From Seison nebaliae (lineage: Eukaryota), in NCBI GenBank assembly GCA_023231475.1, contig JALJEE010002473.1, forward strand, positions 1 to 64,000: 64,000 nt of DNA. Reading direction: 5' to 3'. Positions 11,278 to 25,651 of the stretch are shown here, in pieces. The position numbers and the translations under genes were made by a program. Positions within the stretch are counted from its first letter, which is position 1. Every line of letters begins with the position of its first letter. The notes below the pieces were generated by a model. The model made no database searches. It saw nothing but the letters and a program-made list of their open reading frames with translations, and had not been told where the DNA came from.

Positions 11278-13448
11278 GAAAATTCTTTTCTTTATTAAGT
11301 TAATTTTTTAGTTTGAAGTCTTTTAATTCATTTAAATATTACCTTCCTTTTGAACTAATTTCTATTTATAAAATTTTCTTTAATTACTCCAAAATTAAAA
11401 TTCTTCAATTATACAAAATTCAATTTCAATAATCGTCTATAAATAATATTGTTCGTCTAAGGAAACAGTTACTTTTCGTTTAATCTAAATAATGACATAA
11501 GGTATTATGGAATTTATGAGGTCAATTTGTAGAATTATTTTAGCCATTTTGTTGATAATTTCCTATATGAAACAGAATATAAAAATATATATATATAATT
11601 CTAATATATAATAAATATCAATAAGACATAATGCACTTGCCAATTAGTCTTGTCAAAGATAGGAGAAATTGGAAGAAAGAGAATTTGTTGACAATGAGAG
11701 TGGAATAATGAGTCCTTAAGCAACAAAAGGTAAACGAATTGGGATAAAAACTCATCAAAAGAGCATACCGATAATAACAATAAATAATTAAAAGAGTTGG
11801 ATGTTGTTAAAAAGTTTTAAATTTTATTATTCTGGCAATTTAGAAATCAGAGATTGGAGTTTGAGTGAAGAACGTTGATAAAATTGCGTAATATTTCTTA
11901 GACATCATTAAAACTTGGTGTTTAATGCTTCTCTAATATCTTTCATCGTGGCCGTTGGTATTATATGACTGTGAACAAGCGTGAAATTACTCGAATTTCT
12001 CTTATTTGATGAAAGTGCAAATAAACAAGTATGACATCTCCAATTTTCGATTTAACACATAATTGTATAAAGATGGTGTAAACTTGTGTTGTATATGTCG
12101 AATATCTGATATATCTGCATAAAAATGTTTGATACTTTCAAAACATTCCATTTATTCTCTAAAGTCCTAAAAGTCGTTCTTATAAGTTGATTCACATCGA
12201 AATATTGAACAGTTCCTTAAATATGACACATTTAATGGCATTCCAAACATACAGTCCATTGCTGTTTGAAAATTGTCTCGGGATTTGTCATTCGTTTGTA
12301 TTCTTTTTATTTTTCTAAATATTTTGAACATGTTTTCGACCACTAGGAAACATATTAATTGAAGTTGTTGGTATATCTTTGGAAATTGGGTAACCTTCAT
12401 GCTTCACTTTGATCTTCATTTGGTTGGAGCTATTACGCTATTACTTATTTCCTTCAATATCGATTTCTCTTCCGTGTCGAACTTCAACTTCGTTTTGCAA
12501 CGGCGCTTTATTCCAATATCGCATTCATAATTCACACTTAATTACCTTAATATCGACGAACATCTAACTGATTTCTATAAAAAACCTTTTCTTCTCCACA
12601 GTTTTCTTTAACTTTTCGAAACATATTTCTCGATTGTAAAATTATGAAAAATTGTATTTCATTTTCTTTCGTTAATATCGTTTTACTTCGTTTTTTAACC
12701 AATCATTAACTTCTCTTCATGCTCTATAAAATTTTCTAAAAAAAGAGTGAAAAGATCATTTCCTTTCAATACGGTCATTTATTTTCTCGGCGAAAAAACT
12801 AAATTAATTGACAATGTGGTGAGGAACTTTTCATTCACTCAATAATTGGGTGAAGAACGTTGGATATTGGAAAAACCGATGATGAAGTGACCAAAAAAAT
12901 AATGAGAGTGAAGATTTTTCTACAATAGTGAAAAAATGGTCTTTTTAAGGTGAATGAAGGAATGACTGTTCCACTATTGTTTTTTGGAATATTCTACATT
13001 TTTCTAAATTTATATCATATTTCCGCGGAGTAAATAATATAAAAAAAGGAAAAAAGAATGTCTTTTCAGGAAGGAATTGTTATTTATTGGACTGTAAAGG
13101 GTTAAAGAAGTTATTAAAAATAAAATTCTTACCCTGTCGCAATGTAATCCTTGAGTGCGCCAGGAACATAGGAAGTAAGGTTGAAATCTGATGTCAACAA
13201 TAATGCATCGTTAAATGGAAGCGGATAATTAGTTGAATAATAGCGACAGAAAAATTAGAAAGGCAGCGAGAAACATTCGCATTGTGTTCTAGAAAATTCG
13301 CATTGCGAGCAAAAGAAACAACTTTCAGATACCTCTGACAAAAAGTTTATTTCCAGATCGTCCACATAAATAACAATGGAGCATCATCCGAATTGTTCTA
13401 TTCTATCTACGATCTAGGTATCGTAATAACCTTTCGGTGTTTGAGATA

Positions 13449-13602
13449 AAAATAGACAGTTTTCGGATTTAATTTTATTTTAAAAATCTAACTATAATTC
13501 TTTATAAATGAAAATTGATTTTTTGAAATTTTTTAAACTAAAAAACTCCAAATTATAGATAGATTTTTAAAACAAAATTAAATCTGAAAACTACTATATT
13601 TT
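13449..13602. mobile_element. Small MITE-like inverted-repeat element
   Basis: Arms of ~50 nt: AAAATAGACAGTTTTCGGATTTAATTTTATTTTAAAAATCTAACTATAATT (13449-13499) versus the reverse complement of 13551-13602, with few mismatches. Confidence 0.6.
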
Positions 13603-14683
13603 AAAACATTTCGTGCTCTTTCTAAATATATTAAATTTAGCATCATAAGTTAACTATTCCTTATCGAGTTTTAAAATAAAAATTACGAAGTTGTTACTCG
13701 ATCATATATATCCACTATACGTATATGTGTATATATATACACATCTAGAACTATATATATATTATAGTTGATTCAAAGTTATTAAATCGATCTTATATCG
13801 ATGAATTGAATTGATAGAATACTATTAAAATTTTAGAAAGGAACAATCTTTTTCGACATATCGAATAATAAAAATATCTATGAATAAGAGAATGTGAAAC
13901 AGAATAATATAATACATCACTCTGGTTCGCAAAGATATGTCACTATCGAACCAATAATGGAAACAATCGAGACTACATTAGATGGAGATATTAAAAGAAA
14001 AACTGATAAAAGTTACTAAAATGGAGATATTGATAACCAGAAGAAGAAAATCTACATTCTGTGGTTCAACCAAAGATAATAGAATAGAAGGACCCCCATA
14101 TTCAAGAGATCAAATATTTCGTACAACAACTAAAGTTCTGAATTTCCAATCCAAATTATGATCACACATCATTCCAACCTAATAATTTTGCAACCTAATC
14201 TCTTGCAAAATTGATCACCTTTCACAATTTAAAGATCAACAACAAGCAAATTAACGAACAGGTCAATTCATTCATAAACAAATCAATCGAGAACATTGAA
14301 TGACATTTTTTGAAGAATGTAATCAAATGAAGGATATCCTCTCGTTATTACCTCCTAAGAATAATGATCCAATGATTTCTGTGAAACACGTTACTGAATT
14401 AACCGATGTTCGCCTGAGTGAGAAGAGTGGTATTTGGAATGAAATTTTAAAATATATTGCTCAACAACAGTTCTGTTAACAATCCAGCTTCTAGGATTAC
14501 CTTCCGTAAAAAATTAAACAATCGAGAATATCCAACAAAGCAAGCGCAAGTAAAACTACCAAGAAAGATATTTCAACGGACATGATTAACTGTAAAAAAC
14601 ACTACGGTCATTCGGTAAAATGAAAAGTAACAGTGTATGACCAATTTACTTCCAGTTTCGAAGGAAATGGTACCCGTAATCGT

Positions 14684-15515
14684 TATCGACTTCCCTTAAA
14701 ATGACATGCACGGAAATACAACAATTTTCGAAGTTTCAGAATTTCCTAGTGACTTCTATGGGAAAAACTTGATGGATGTGGAAAAAGCCAATTAACCGCC
14801 AAGTTTAACATATTGATTGATATGTCAGATGCCGACATATTAGCCGGTTGCTATACATGACCTCCATATATATCCTTCTTTCAGTCGATTCGAGTCCAAT
14901 GGGAAAGAAAAAGAATTCTTGAGAAAGAACTCCTCCTTGGATAATCGTTTGATTAACGTCCAATAGTTTTTCCAATAACAAAATCACTCCGGCAAAATTA
15001 ACTAATTTCTCTTTTAATTTTCATGGTACTCGTAGCCGCTTTTCATTATGGAATTTATTTTTTTTTCTATTCTATGAAACCTACTACAATTCTATGTCAT
15101 CTACAAATGACAAGAAATATGGCTGAGATCCACATCGATTGCCCTCACACAAATAAGTTCCAATTATGTGTATCTTCAGTCTACTTATCCGCTTAAAAAG
15201 TTGAACGGTAAAGGCAGATGTTCGGAGGAATAATCAAATTTGTTTGGAAGTTCTTACGATCTTATGATTATCATTACGTCATTTACTATCATTCTATGAT
15301 AGATTACTATTGAGTATTGGAACTTTCTATGGTGATAGTTGTAAGAAAACCGGTACAAAGATGATGTTGTAATTTCCGTCTGATGAATATGTTGATATAT
15401 CCATCATTATTGCGGATGAAATCAGCGTTTCTCCTATGGAGATCGAAGTGTTGTTGAATAGTGGAAAGAATGTTTTATACAAAACTCAACTGCCCTTTCC
15501 TTGATATTAAGTTAT
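14684..15515 (+). mobile_element. Highly decayed Penelope-like reverse transcriptase remnant
   Basis: Motif relics in the expected order, with stops and frameshifts: YRLP..K.H (~YGLPKIHK, 14684), SFD (14945), RYKDDV (15351), MEIE, and LPFLDIKL needing one frameshift (15490). Confidence 0.45.
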
Positions 15516-15910
15516 GAAGTAAATATTCATTCTCCTTTCAATCGTCAAATAGGAAGTCATGGATTGATTATTCTAATTATTTCTAGACATATACGTATCA
15601 ATGTTAATGAACGTGCAATTTCTAATCAATTCATGTTATCATTATCATTTGGGAATAACTTGAGAATAAATTAACAAGTAATATGTGAAAAACATTCATT
15701 ATTATTATAAGAAATTGAAAGAATCGATAGTTATTCTTTTCTATCGAGTCATTGATTTTAGAAGTAATTGTATGTACCATAATATATAATTGTATCAGTG
15801 GTAAGTAATTCCACAATGTGAAAAATATTTTTATTTTGCAGCGGAAAAACAAAATTTTTGAAATTTAAGATTTTAAATTATTTCGATATAAAATTAAGAA
15901 GATTGTTATT

Positions 15911-16151
15911 GATGCTGTTACTTTCACCTCGAGAAAAAAGAGAATTAAACACAAAAATTAAAATTTTAGGGTTTATACTTATTTTTGATTTATACTGAAA
16001 TAATATTCATTTGAAAGAGTATAAAATTCTCTTTTCTATAAATCTTATATCAATAATTTTGAAGAAGTATGAACCCTACAAATTTTCATTTTTGTGTTTA
16101 ATTCTCTTTTTTTTCCGGGTGAAAGTAACTCGGGGGGAAAGTAACACCATC
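15911..16151. mobile_element. MITE with ~70-nt TIRs and a 9-bp target-site duplication (Mutator/MULE-type)
   Basis: Left arm GATGCTGTTACTTTCACC...GAGAATTAAACACAAAAAT mirrors right arm ATTTTTGTGTTTAATTCTC...GAAAGTAACACCATC. Flanks are ATTGTTATT (15902-15910) and ATTCTTATT (16152-16160). Confidence 0.75.
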
Positions 16152-16339
16152 ATTCTTATTTATTATTTGAGATCAAATAAAAGAGATTCCAACTAAGATT
16201 AAGTTTCAACATATACACTATCGATTTTTACTAACAAAGAAAACATTTTATCTTATCCGATAATCTTTTTCTTTTTCGGTTCATTTGGAATTTTTCATAC
16301 TTTAAGTATATTATCAAAATATTTTCAAAAATTACTTAA

Positions 16340-17820
16340 AAATTGACGGTGCAATGGAAAAACAACAAGTCTATTTCAGACCATTGTTTTTCCTCTCAAT
16401 TATATTGGGTAACCGGAAGGTATCCCCAACGTTTCTCTTTACTAAAAACCTTTCCCTCTTCATTTTCAGATTTGGCATTCAAAAAAAGACGGGGATACCT
16501 TCCTTTTTTCCTATTTTCTTTGGAAAGAGAAACGTCGTGGATAACTTCCTATGTCGATTATATTGTAGGTTTGATCATCAATTGATGTGAACTTATCAAT
16601 TTCCTAAAGTTACTGGCAAGTTCATCCGTTAATATTAAAGCCATTTAGAAAACTAACAACAGGAACAAGAAACCCCCAGGAAAATTGTTCAATCTTTCAA
16701 GTTATAACTTGAACTGATAGATGTTCGATAATTTAAGAATATAACTGTCTTCTACAAAATTATTAAATACGATTACCATTTGTCCTCAAAATCGGTACAT
16801 CTACCGATAGAGAGATTCTTAATATTGTTGGTAATCGACATTTGAAAAGAGAAGTGATATGTGCACTGAATTTGTTTTTCGCGATCTACCAAGGAAAACT
16901 TAAGAACGGAAACGCTTAATGCGAACAACACCTCGTCATTATTTGGTCATTAATGATCTTCTATTTATTTGGCATTGGCAGACTTCATGATACATATAGT
17001 TCTTCCCATTTCTCAAACATTTGGAAGGTAATCACTAATATTTGTTCGACATTTTCGCACTTCCGTTGAAAATGATGACCGTTCAAATTTACTTTCGATT
17101 TTTTTTACTCCTCAGGAAATTTTGAAAACTGTCCCGGCTCCCGGAGGGAATGAGGACACATTGTCCTAATAATATCAATAACTGAATGAAAGAGATATTC
17201 CTCCTAACAAATACAAATTTAATCCTAGCAAATTTCTTGGTTGTTATTTAGACTGTAGAAAAAAGAGTTCTGCTACCGTCGACATCAGATTAGATCACTC
17301 CAATTTATAATGGTTGTGGTAAGGACATTTTAGTAAAATTTAATGATTTTACAAGTAAATTTATATTTTCATATCTATGTTCTTAGAAGATTAATTTCCA
17401 TTCTCTAATCTAGAAAATAATAGAATTGGGATGATGCTCAGTTGTCATAAATATTTTAATAGAGCATTTATGTTTACAAATCGCGAATGGACCGTATTGG
17501 TAATGTAAAAAAGAATTCTCCATAATGTAAAAAATGGGAGGAGCCATTGATGGAATTCAATGGTGAAGAAATCACCATTGGACTACTTTATTTTGGAATA
17601 TTTTGTATGAGATGAGAAAAAGATTGACAACCATAAATATTACTAATTATTCGAATATTCGAAATTACTATGGACATATAAGGAGTATTGTAATCTTTCG
17701 TCATTTTTATTTTATTCCTAGAATTGTAATTATGACGAGTAATAGACATTTGATGTACACTCTTCTTTCTAGTTTCATCATTCCATGGAAGTACCAACTG
17801 CGATTTAATGAGTTCCGCTG
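16340..17820 (+). mobile_element. Decayed non-LTR (RTE/L2-like) retrotransposon remnant
   Basis: Relics in order: GI...GD...PIFF (~QGD.LSP.LF, ~16475-16520), YVDY (16550), KFLGCYL...DIRL (17230), DRIGN, RNYYGHIR (~R.W.GHV.R, ~17660). Many stops and frameshifts. Confidence 0.45.
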
Positions 17821-20800
17821 AGAATTAAGTGATGACCAGGATGAAGATATATTTGTAGAATTTTACAGAAAAAATTATTCATTTTTTCCAAACGAAAAAA
17901 AGATAGAAGGTAACCTGTTTCAAAATAAGACGATTTTGTTCAATTGTATGACATTCTACTATTAGTCGTCGATATGTTAATGTCTAATTTTCATGGAAAT
18001 TTAATAATCTTTCTTTTATTAATAATATATTCGTGTTTCGGCGACTTAAGATTACCCCTATTTTCTATTAAAATAGAAGATATATAAATATGAGAAATAG
18101 TAATATGAAGCGAAAGACGAAACGAATATAAACATCAATTTATAATGATGATGATGATGATTTTTTTTTGCATATCTTTCACTTACAACTCATTGACATT
18201 TATAATACATAAGCAAAAAGAGAAATTTGGACGATTGACATTTGTAGAAGAATTAGAAAATATTGAAAATTAGTATAAATTAAATTAAGTAAAATAGAAT
18301 TTACGGATAAATCAAGTCCATAATAGATAACAATTGGATTATTCCAATAATCGCTTATGGACGGATATAAATTTATTTAAGGTTCAAATTCATGTTCCAT
18401 TCTCGTTTTTTTTATATTCATAATTCTCAAAAGTTTAATAGATTATATAGTATAATATTATGTATATGTATGTAACTAACGACGAGAAATAAAGAAATTG
18501 TACTAACAAATTGTAAGATGTTCGTTTTCCATCGTCAATCTAACGGTAGTTATCACATTGACATGTTGAACTCGATCTTTTACAATATTTATTTACTTAA
18601 TCCGATAATTGTCATAATAAATATCGTTTGCATAAAGATTAGGTTGAGTGAGTAAAGAATTTGAACCTTTTTCCTCCCACTTCTTCCATTCATAAATTTG
18701 GAGTGGTAAATCAATTGTATAACGATGATAAATCAAATGCATTTGGCATAAGAATTTATGACGGAAAATAATAATGATATTATCGACAGAAGAAACTGCC
18801 AATATATTGCATTTTGTCTTGCTCTTGCCCATAACGTTAGATTGGAAACATTTTTTGAATTCGTCTCATAATTATTTGTGTCTCATACATTATATTTTTT
18901 CCTTTTCCCACCTATTTTAAAAACGAATAATTTCGTCATTATATTTCAGTTGAACATAATTGTCAAATCATTTTTTGGTTCACTCAATTAATAATATGAA
19001 ACCTTTCTCATTAATAAATGAATGGAATCATTATATATCATGCTCATATTTATGATAAACAATCGTTCAACAATAAACATCATTCTTCGGAAACAGATAA
19101 ATATTAAAAGAATATGATTTAATAAATGTATAGAATTTCTTTGTTTGGAATTGGGAAGTTGAGACAATTTTGATATTGTTCTAAAATAGTATCCGTATTA
19201 TTGAAGAAATAAATGATTTTGGGTATGTGGATATGACAATAATTGTACAATCGATTCATTGTGAATTAGTTCAGATTTCACCTATTTATCGTTCTATCAT
19301 TAATTTGATTCAATTATGTTTGAAACATTATTCATTCGGTATTATTCATACGATGTCTCATCTATGTCTCAATATCAAGTTAGATTGTTTTTCTTCCAGT
19401 AAAGCGTATGATTTGTTATTACATAATATCGCTTATATCTCTTAAATATCTATTTAATTTAGTTATAATGAAATCAAATCCGAGAAACAAATCTCTTCAG
19501 GGCAAATTTAAAAGAGAAGAAGATAATTCACTGTACAAGCTATCAGTGATAAGTTTCCTTCCAATGTGAACATGGAATAATAAAAGTAATTTCGTATATT
19601 GAAAAAATAATAAGGAGGACAAAGGCCGGATATTAAATTTTTTCTGAAAAAATAGGAACTAAAATCTTAAGAGTAGAATAAGTACCTATAAGGCACACTA
19701 GAAGAGGTGTCATTTTTCCCGACGTTAATTTACCTCTCATGTGGCATTGTCTCTCAAATTCCAAACAAAATTTCACGACATTTTTCTACTTTCATTATAT
19801 GTCATTTAAAAAAATTACTTCCATGAAATCATGAAGTTCATTGAATGACCTTCGGATTACATATTCACAACAAATAACATAATAATAATGGTGCCATCTT
19901 ATGCTGCATAGACAAGTTCCATTTGTCTTTCGTACTTTCGCATGGGTGTCATATGATAATTAATTTATCATTATCAATTTGCCCATGTTTTTATGAACTA
20001 TTTTGCTCAATTTTCTTCTATTTTGCAGATTTAAATTTATACTAATTAATTGTTAATCCATTAACCCGTTACGTACAATAAGAAAAAAATGCAGGAAAAA
20101 AATAATACAAAATCATGTATAACATGTATATTAAAATTTATTAAAAATGTAAAATTATATATATAATTGATGTATATAATTTTCCTAATTGTGTTTCAAT
20201 CTTCACATACAATTGTTTAAGAGAATTACATATATATACTGTATATATATCACGGTTGTGTGTCGAGCACGGTTTACCACAATGCAAACTTTGGTATATT
20301 AGAAAAAACATTATACTCCAATGGACATTCGAACTCAGACACCATGTCGGGCATAATTAATTCTGTTTTTTTATATTTATTCTAAAAAAAATTTATTCGA
20401 AATGTCTCATTTCTTTCAGTTTTCTCCAATAGACACTTATAGTCATGCAGTCTAAAAATCCCAAATCGAAAGATCGTGCAACATTATCGATAACAGGATC
20501 GATTTTTGCATTACATTATTGTAACTTTTTTATTTATTTTCTTTTAAATTTAAGACGTGGAATCCCCATAGGGCAAAGCATAAAGAAAGTTAAGAAGCGA
20601 AAATAAATTGTAACAGGATATAATATGGCGAGATAGTAAATTCTCTTCAGATGAATACGAATATGGGATAAAATAATAAAGTTGTCAATAAGTGCTTTGA
20701 AGCCTGCCATTACGATAGGATACTGAAGAACATAACATTAGCTGGACCGTTGAAATTTTCAAAATCTGTAGATGAGGGAAAGATGATTACAAAAAAAACT

Positions 20801-23524
20801 ATTTACGATAAGAACGACCTAAGTAGGTCATATATGAAAATATTTCATTTCGTCTTAAAAGACGCGTCATCTATAAATGAAAGGATAAGTTTCAATTCCG
20901 AGTCCGTTAACACAAGTCTCTCTTCAGAAATTTCCATAACGCAGTATGACAAAATGTCCAAAATTCTTTCAAAATACCCTCACGAACCCATCGAAGTGCA
21001 AATAAGATGTTGAAGAATCCACCGAATTACTATTCGGTGTACGATACTAACAGCGTGTCACATCATTCTTAGATGAGCATTAGGAGATAATTTATTTATT
21101 TATTTATTTATTAATTAGAATTTCCGTTGGGATAAACGTTAGTGATAATTTAGTGACCAGAAAGGAAAGAATAAATGTAGTTAATCAAAGTTCCGATAAA
21201 ATGGATAACAACATAGGAAAAATCATTCGGAGGGCAATAGATTTTGAAACACAAAATACCATAAACAGAGAAACAAAATACATCAATGGATTGTTGAATA
21301 AAAGAAGTCTAAGGAAGTTGGAAATAAGTGCACCAAATCCATCTAATGTCGACTGGATCCGTCTCGGAATTCGAAGGAGCAACAGAAGGTTGATCAATCA
21401 CAACCGTATGTTGTACAACCTGACATTTATGTAATAAAACAATTGTACTCGGGAAAAAATAAAACACAGGATCTGAGATCAGTAGAGCCAACTATGTTGA
21501 GAAAAAAGTAAGCACTACGATGTGTGAAACATGTTCATCGACCGCACATAAGAATAGCAATTTTCTTCTGAAATTTTTTCTTTTCCCATTTTGCTTACTT
21601 TTAAACATTTTAAGCTTAAGTTTCTAAACTCCCGCCAATCTGTCGAAGTGTTATGGCTCCCGATCCCAATCTCGACAAATCGTATAAAATTAATGTAAAA
21701 TGTCATAAAATAAAAATATTTTAGATTTTTGAAAATGTGCAAATAATTTTATATTAATTTTTAGTTTATATTCCAATGATACTGAAATCTGTTTAAAATT
21801 TTTTAATAATGAACCGTTTGTTTATTATTAGAAACATAGAAGAAAGTTCAAGTATGTTTGGTTGGGAATATGTAACGATTATTATATTATATACAAATCA
21901 GTTGTTATTATAAAATAAGATATGAAAAATATATATCAAAACTAGATATTATACTTAATATATAATTTATAGTTCTTGGATAGGTACAAAAAATTCGCAT
22001 ACGTATTCTATATTCCAATTAGTACGAAAAATATTTTTTAACTTGATGAAAATAATATTTTTCAATTCAGCTTGAATGATGGAATCTTCATATGATAAGT
22101 TACAAATTGCACTATAATTACCCTAATAATTAGTTAAAATTCGGTTGTTAATAATATTTACTTACGTAAATACTAATGATGAGATTTATTGACAATACAA
22201 AAGATATATCATTAAAGAATAATCAAAAATAATAGGACGAATGTGGAATAAGCGAGTTTCAATTGAGAAGATAAATTTATTACATTTTTATTTTGACAAC
22301 CTCCTAATTTTTATTGGAGGAGTTTTATTATTTTGAATTTTCTCCTGTTATTTAACATATCCAAAATTTCGATAATCTTTATTCTTTAGTTTCGTTACTA
22401 TAATATTCTTACCATAATTTACGGAGTTAAATTGGAACCATGATATCGACATTAGAAGGAAACTATTGGGTTATCTTTTTTTTTTGAACTTTGTTTAGAT
22501 CTTAAATTTGTTAGACAAAATTAAATTTTCCAAGAGGAAAGAAGTTTTAAAATAATACACATAAGTTATAAAAGTCTACAGCTTTTGCTATTGCTTTTCT
22601 TGAGTTCTCTTCAGTCGGACAAATAAGTGTGAAAATGGCGGGATATTTGTCATATTTTTATTTTTCGAATTCATTTCTTTGAATTATAACTGTGAATCAT
22701 AATTTGCATAATAACAAATCATTGAGTTATAATAGTTAGAGAGTAATTGTAGTATGGCTTACAATAGTCATAATGTAGACACATAATGTAGTTGAATTTG
22801 AATAAGTTTTCAGGATGATCTGAGCCGGTAGGTCAGCGTAGTTCCCTAACTAGACTATGAATAGGTAAACTAGATTTTAATTATTATGTCCTGAGAAAAT
22901 TCTTCCTTCCTTTCAATCTTCAAAAGGCACAATGATTAATTTTCCTCAGCGTATGTCACCAACATCCTTTCACTGCTCATTAAAAGTAGAAGCACAATTG
23001 AACAGGAATGTAGATTTCATATTATTTATATAACTATATGTTTCTACCGTATAAAAATGAATATGATATTCCTACAAAATGTTATTGATTCTTATTATTC
23101 AGTTTTATCGTCATATTTCACAACTTCTTTCTTATTTACAATTAGTTCTAAGAATAATTTTTCTTCAATTAATGAAATGTTCAAAAATTTGTTATCTTTT
23201 ATTAATTAACTATTGATGCCAAATGAAATGTGCTAACTTTCCTACATGAAATCAACAAACATCAACTTAAATTAATTTCCCACTTATGGAAATGTATTTT
23301 TTATTATTTCTATCATTCAACATTGCCAAACAATGAAAGATATGAGGTATGAAGTGAATCATAATCATCTTTTCGTCGCTCCATTCACTTAAGCGTATAA
23401 AAGTCTGTCAGCTGAACTGAATTTCTTGAAAAATTTTTCTCAATTATTTTCAATTAAAATATAAAATTCTTCAAATTTTATGTGGAAACTTTGAATAGAA
23501 AATTTTTAAACATTCCAACAAAGA

Positions 23525-24456
23525 ATGAAACAGGAAAAAATGGTCTCCTTCTTACGTTATTGTTGCATGAATACGGAAGTTGCCGACGTTGAAAAGAAAT
23601 CGGTTTCTATGGAAGCGATGGAACAGAAGAAAGCATTAATCTCACAGATGGAATCAAACATCAAAGTTCATTCAGTTGCTGAAACGAAGTGTCACTTAAG
23701 GTCTTCTTCTTTAAAGTTTTTAAAATGATTTTTAACGGCAATTTGTTTAGATCGATTCATAATGAGAAAGATGTATCTGTGGTTTGTGATGATAACATTG
23801 ATTGTATATCGATGGATCTCATCACTAAATTGACATTTAAACAACGTTACCAATTGAGAGCATCATGGAAAGGTATTAGACGCGACTTTGATTCGACAGC
23901 AAGTACAATGTTTGGAAGGTTGAAAATTGGCTCTTGGAATTTTTTTCACTAGTTTTTTTCAAAAAGCCTTTTTGAGAATAATGAAGATATTCGAGAGAAG
24001 TTTCAGAAATTTGGGAATTACAATCAATCGAATATCTATTCATCTGAAAGTTTCAAAGAACATGCATTAATTATAACGGCGGCAATCGATAAGGTTAAGA
24101 TAAGAATTATTAGACATAATATTTAAAAGAAAAGTTTAGGTTGTAACAATCTTACATCATCAATCATCATATGAATATTTGTTTCGTTTGGGCCAATTTC
24201 ACATTTCGAAAAATTTAGATCCGGAAGTATTTCAAGTTTGTTTGTTTCATATAAACAATTAACAATATCTCGTTTGTTATTCACGTTCGTCTCATTTCAG
24301 TTATTAAAGAAGCCTTTTCTCCATGCCGTCAAAAACAGTTTAGATGAACGATATACATTAAACATGCAAAATATCTACTCACATTTAATTGATTATATCA
24401 TTAACACAATGATCGAAGGATTACAATTCTCGTTAAATAAACGTCAAAAAGAATAA
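23525..24456 (+). CDS. Globin with an N-terminal extension (neuroglobin/globin-X-like invertebrate type), 5 exons
   Basis: LT.KQRYQLRASWKGI (A helix), MFG|SLFE...IREKF (CD1 Phe), FKEHAL (E7 His), LGQFHI (F8 His), F.Q|LLKKPFL, ERYT. Introns fall at the conserved B12.2- and G7.0-like positions, plus one in the E helix and one in the extension. Confidence 0.9.
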
Positions 24457-25651
24457 AAATGGTTTTATCAAAATAGAATTTTTCAATTAATGTGATAACA
24501 ATTTTCTTTCATCATTCGATTATATTTAAAATTAAATTTTATCTTCTTTCTTTTCCTACACTTGTTAAATGAGAATTGACATATTGTTTACTGCACTCAA
24601 CATTCTCTTCTGATTATGTCATTATGTATTCGACTTCTATTAATGTTCAATGAATTTTAGTAAGGTCTCCTTCGGAAATCAAGGGGAAACATGGCACAAA
24701 TATATCCTACTTACCGACTCTAAGAATGGATATACAAGCACACATTGAATTTAATCATGATCGAACATTAATTCCTCATGTTTTTCTCCTAAACTCTGAT
24801 TTGTGCTCTTTGACTTCTGCTTAACTGATTTGTGCAATTCATCTTCTATTCAACTCGATTTATTATATAAGTCTTTTTTTTTCGATAGAAGAAAAATATT
24901 TCAAGTAAATTCTACAAATTTAGATGATTCGTTAAAGAGATGATCTGACATGAATTTCCAACTATATCATTTTTTTTTTAATATTCTGATGTCTTGACGA
25001 TAAGAGAGGAGAATGGAAACATTTTATTCTGTTTCATCGATAAGATTTCATATAATAGTTTATAATGTCACGGTAATTAAATGGGAAATAAGAGACGAAC
25101 TCAATTATCCAAAGAGAAGAATAGAAGAACGATACAATAAATAGGATGCATGTTTGTTTCGACTAAAGTATTTTTTGAAGATGACTCATTTTAGATCATA
25201 AGAATAAGATCAATTAGAAAATTAATGAGTATGCAGAATGGATGCGCGAAAATGATGTGAAAATTATCGTTAGATGAACATTCCAATCCAACAACTATTC
25301 ATTATTCATAACTAGTTCATTACAAATTGAATCATCAATGGGAAAAAAGTGGAGAGATAATGGAACGGATATTCTTTTTTCCATAAACTTGTGCGAAAAA
25401 CACGATATATTATCATCGATTAATTTAATTATATTTCCCAATAACATAGTGCGTACCTTTAAACATCTTTTATTTGATCATCGTTCTAAATGAAATTTTC
25501 ACAAATCCATAAGAGCGCATCTTATTTTTTTTAAATAAAACATGTAATTATAATACGAAGACTGGTTAATTACATAAGCGATTTATTTGAGGAGAATTGA
25601 ATTATTCTCATTTATGAAGAAATTCCTTCTTATATGACGGTCTTACTTTTC

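Noticed and set aside
11700..12600. Decayed minus-strand coding-like sequence including ORF 12167-12400
   Set aside because: Multiple stops and no identifiable domain.
20750..21560. Degenerate ORFs as a piggyBac transposase
   Set aside because: No DDD catalytic motifs recognisable; only a vague CxxC.
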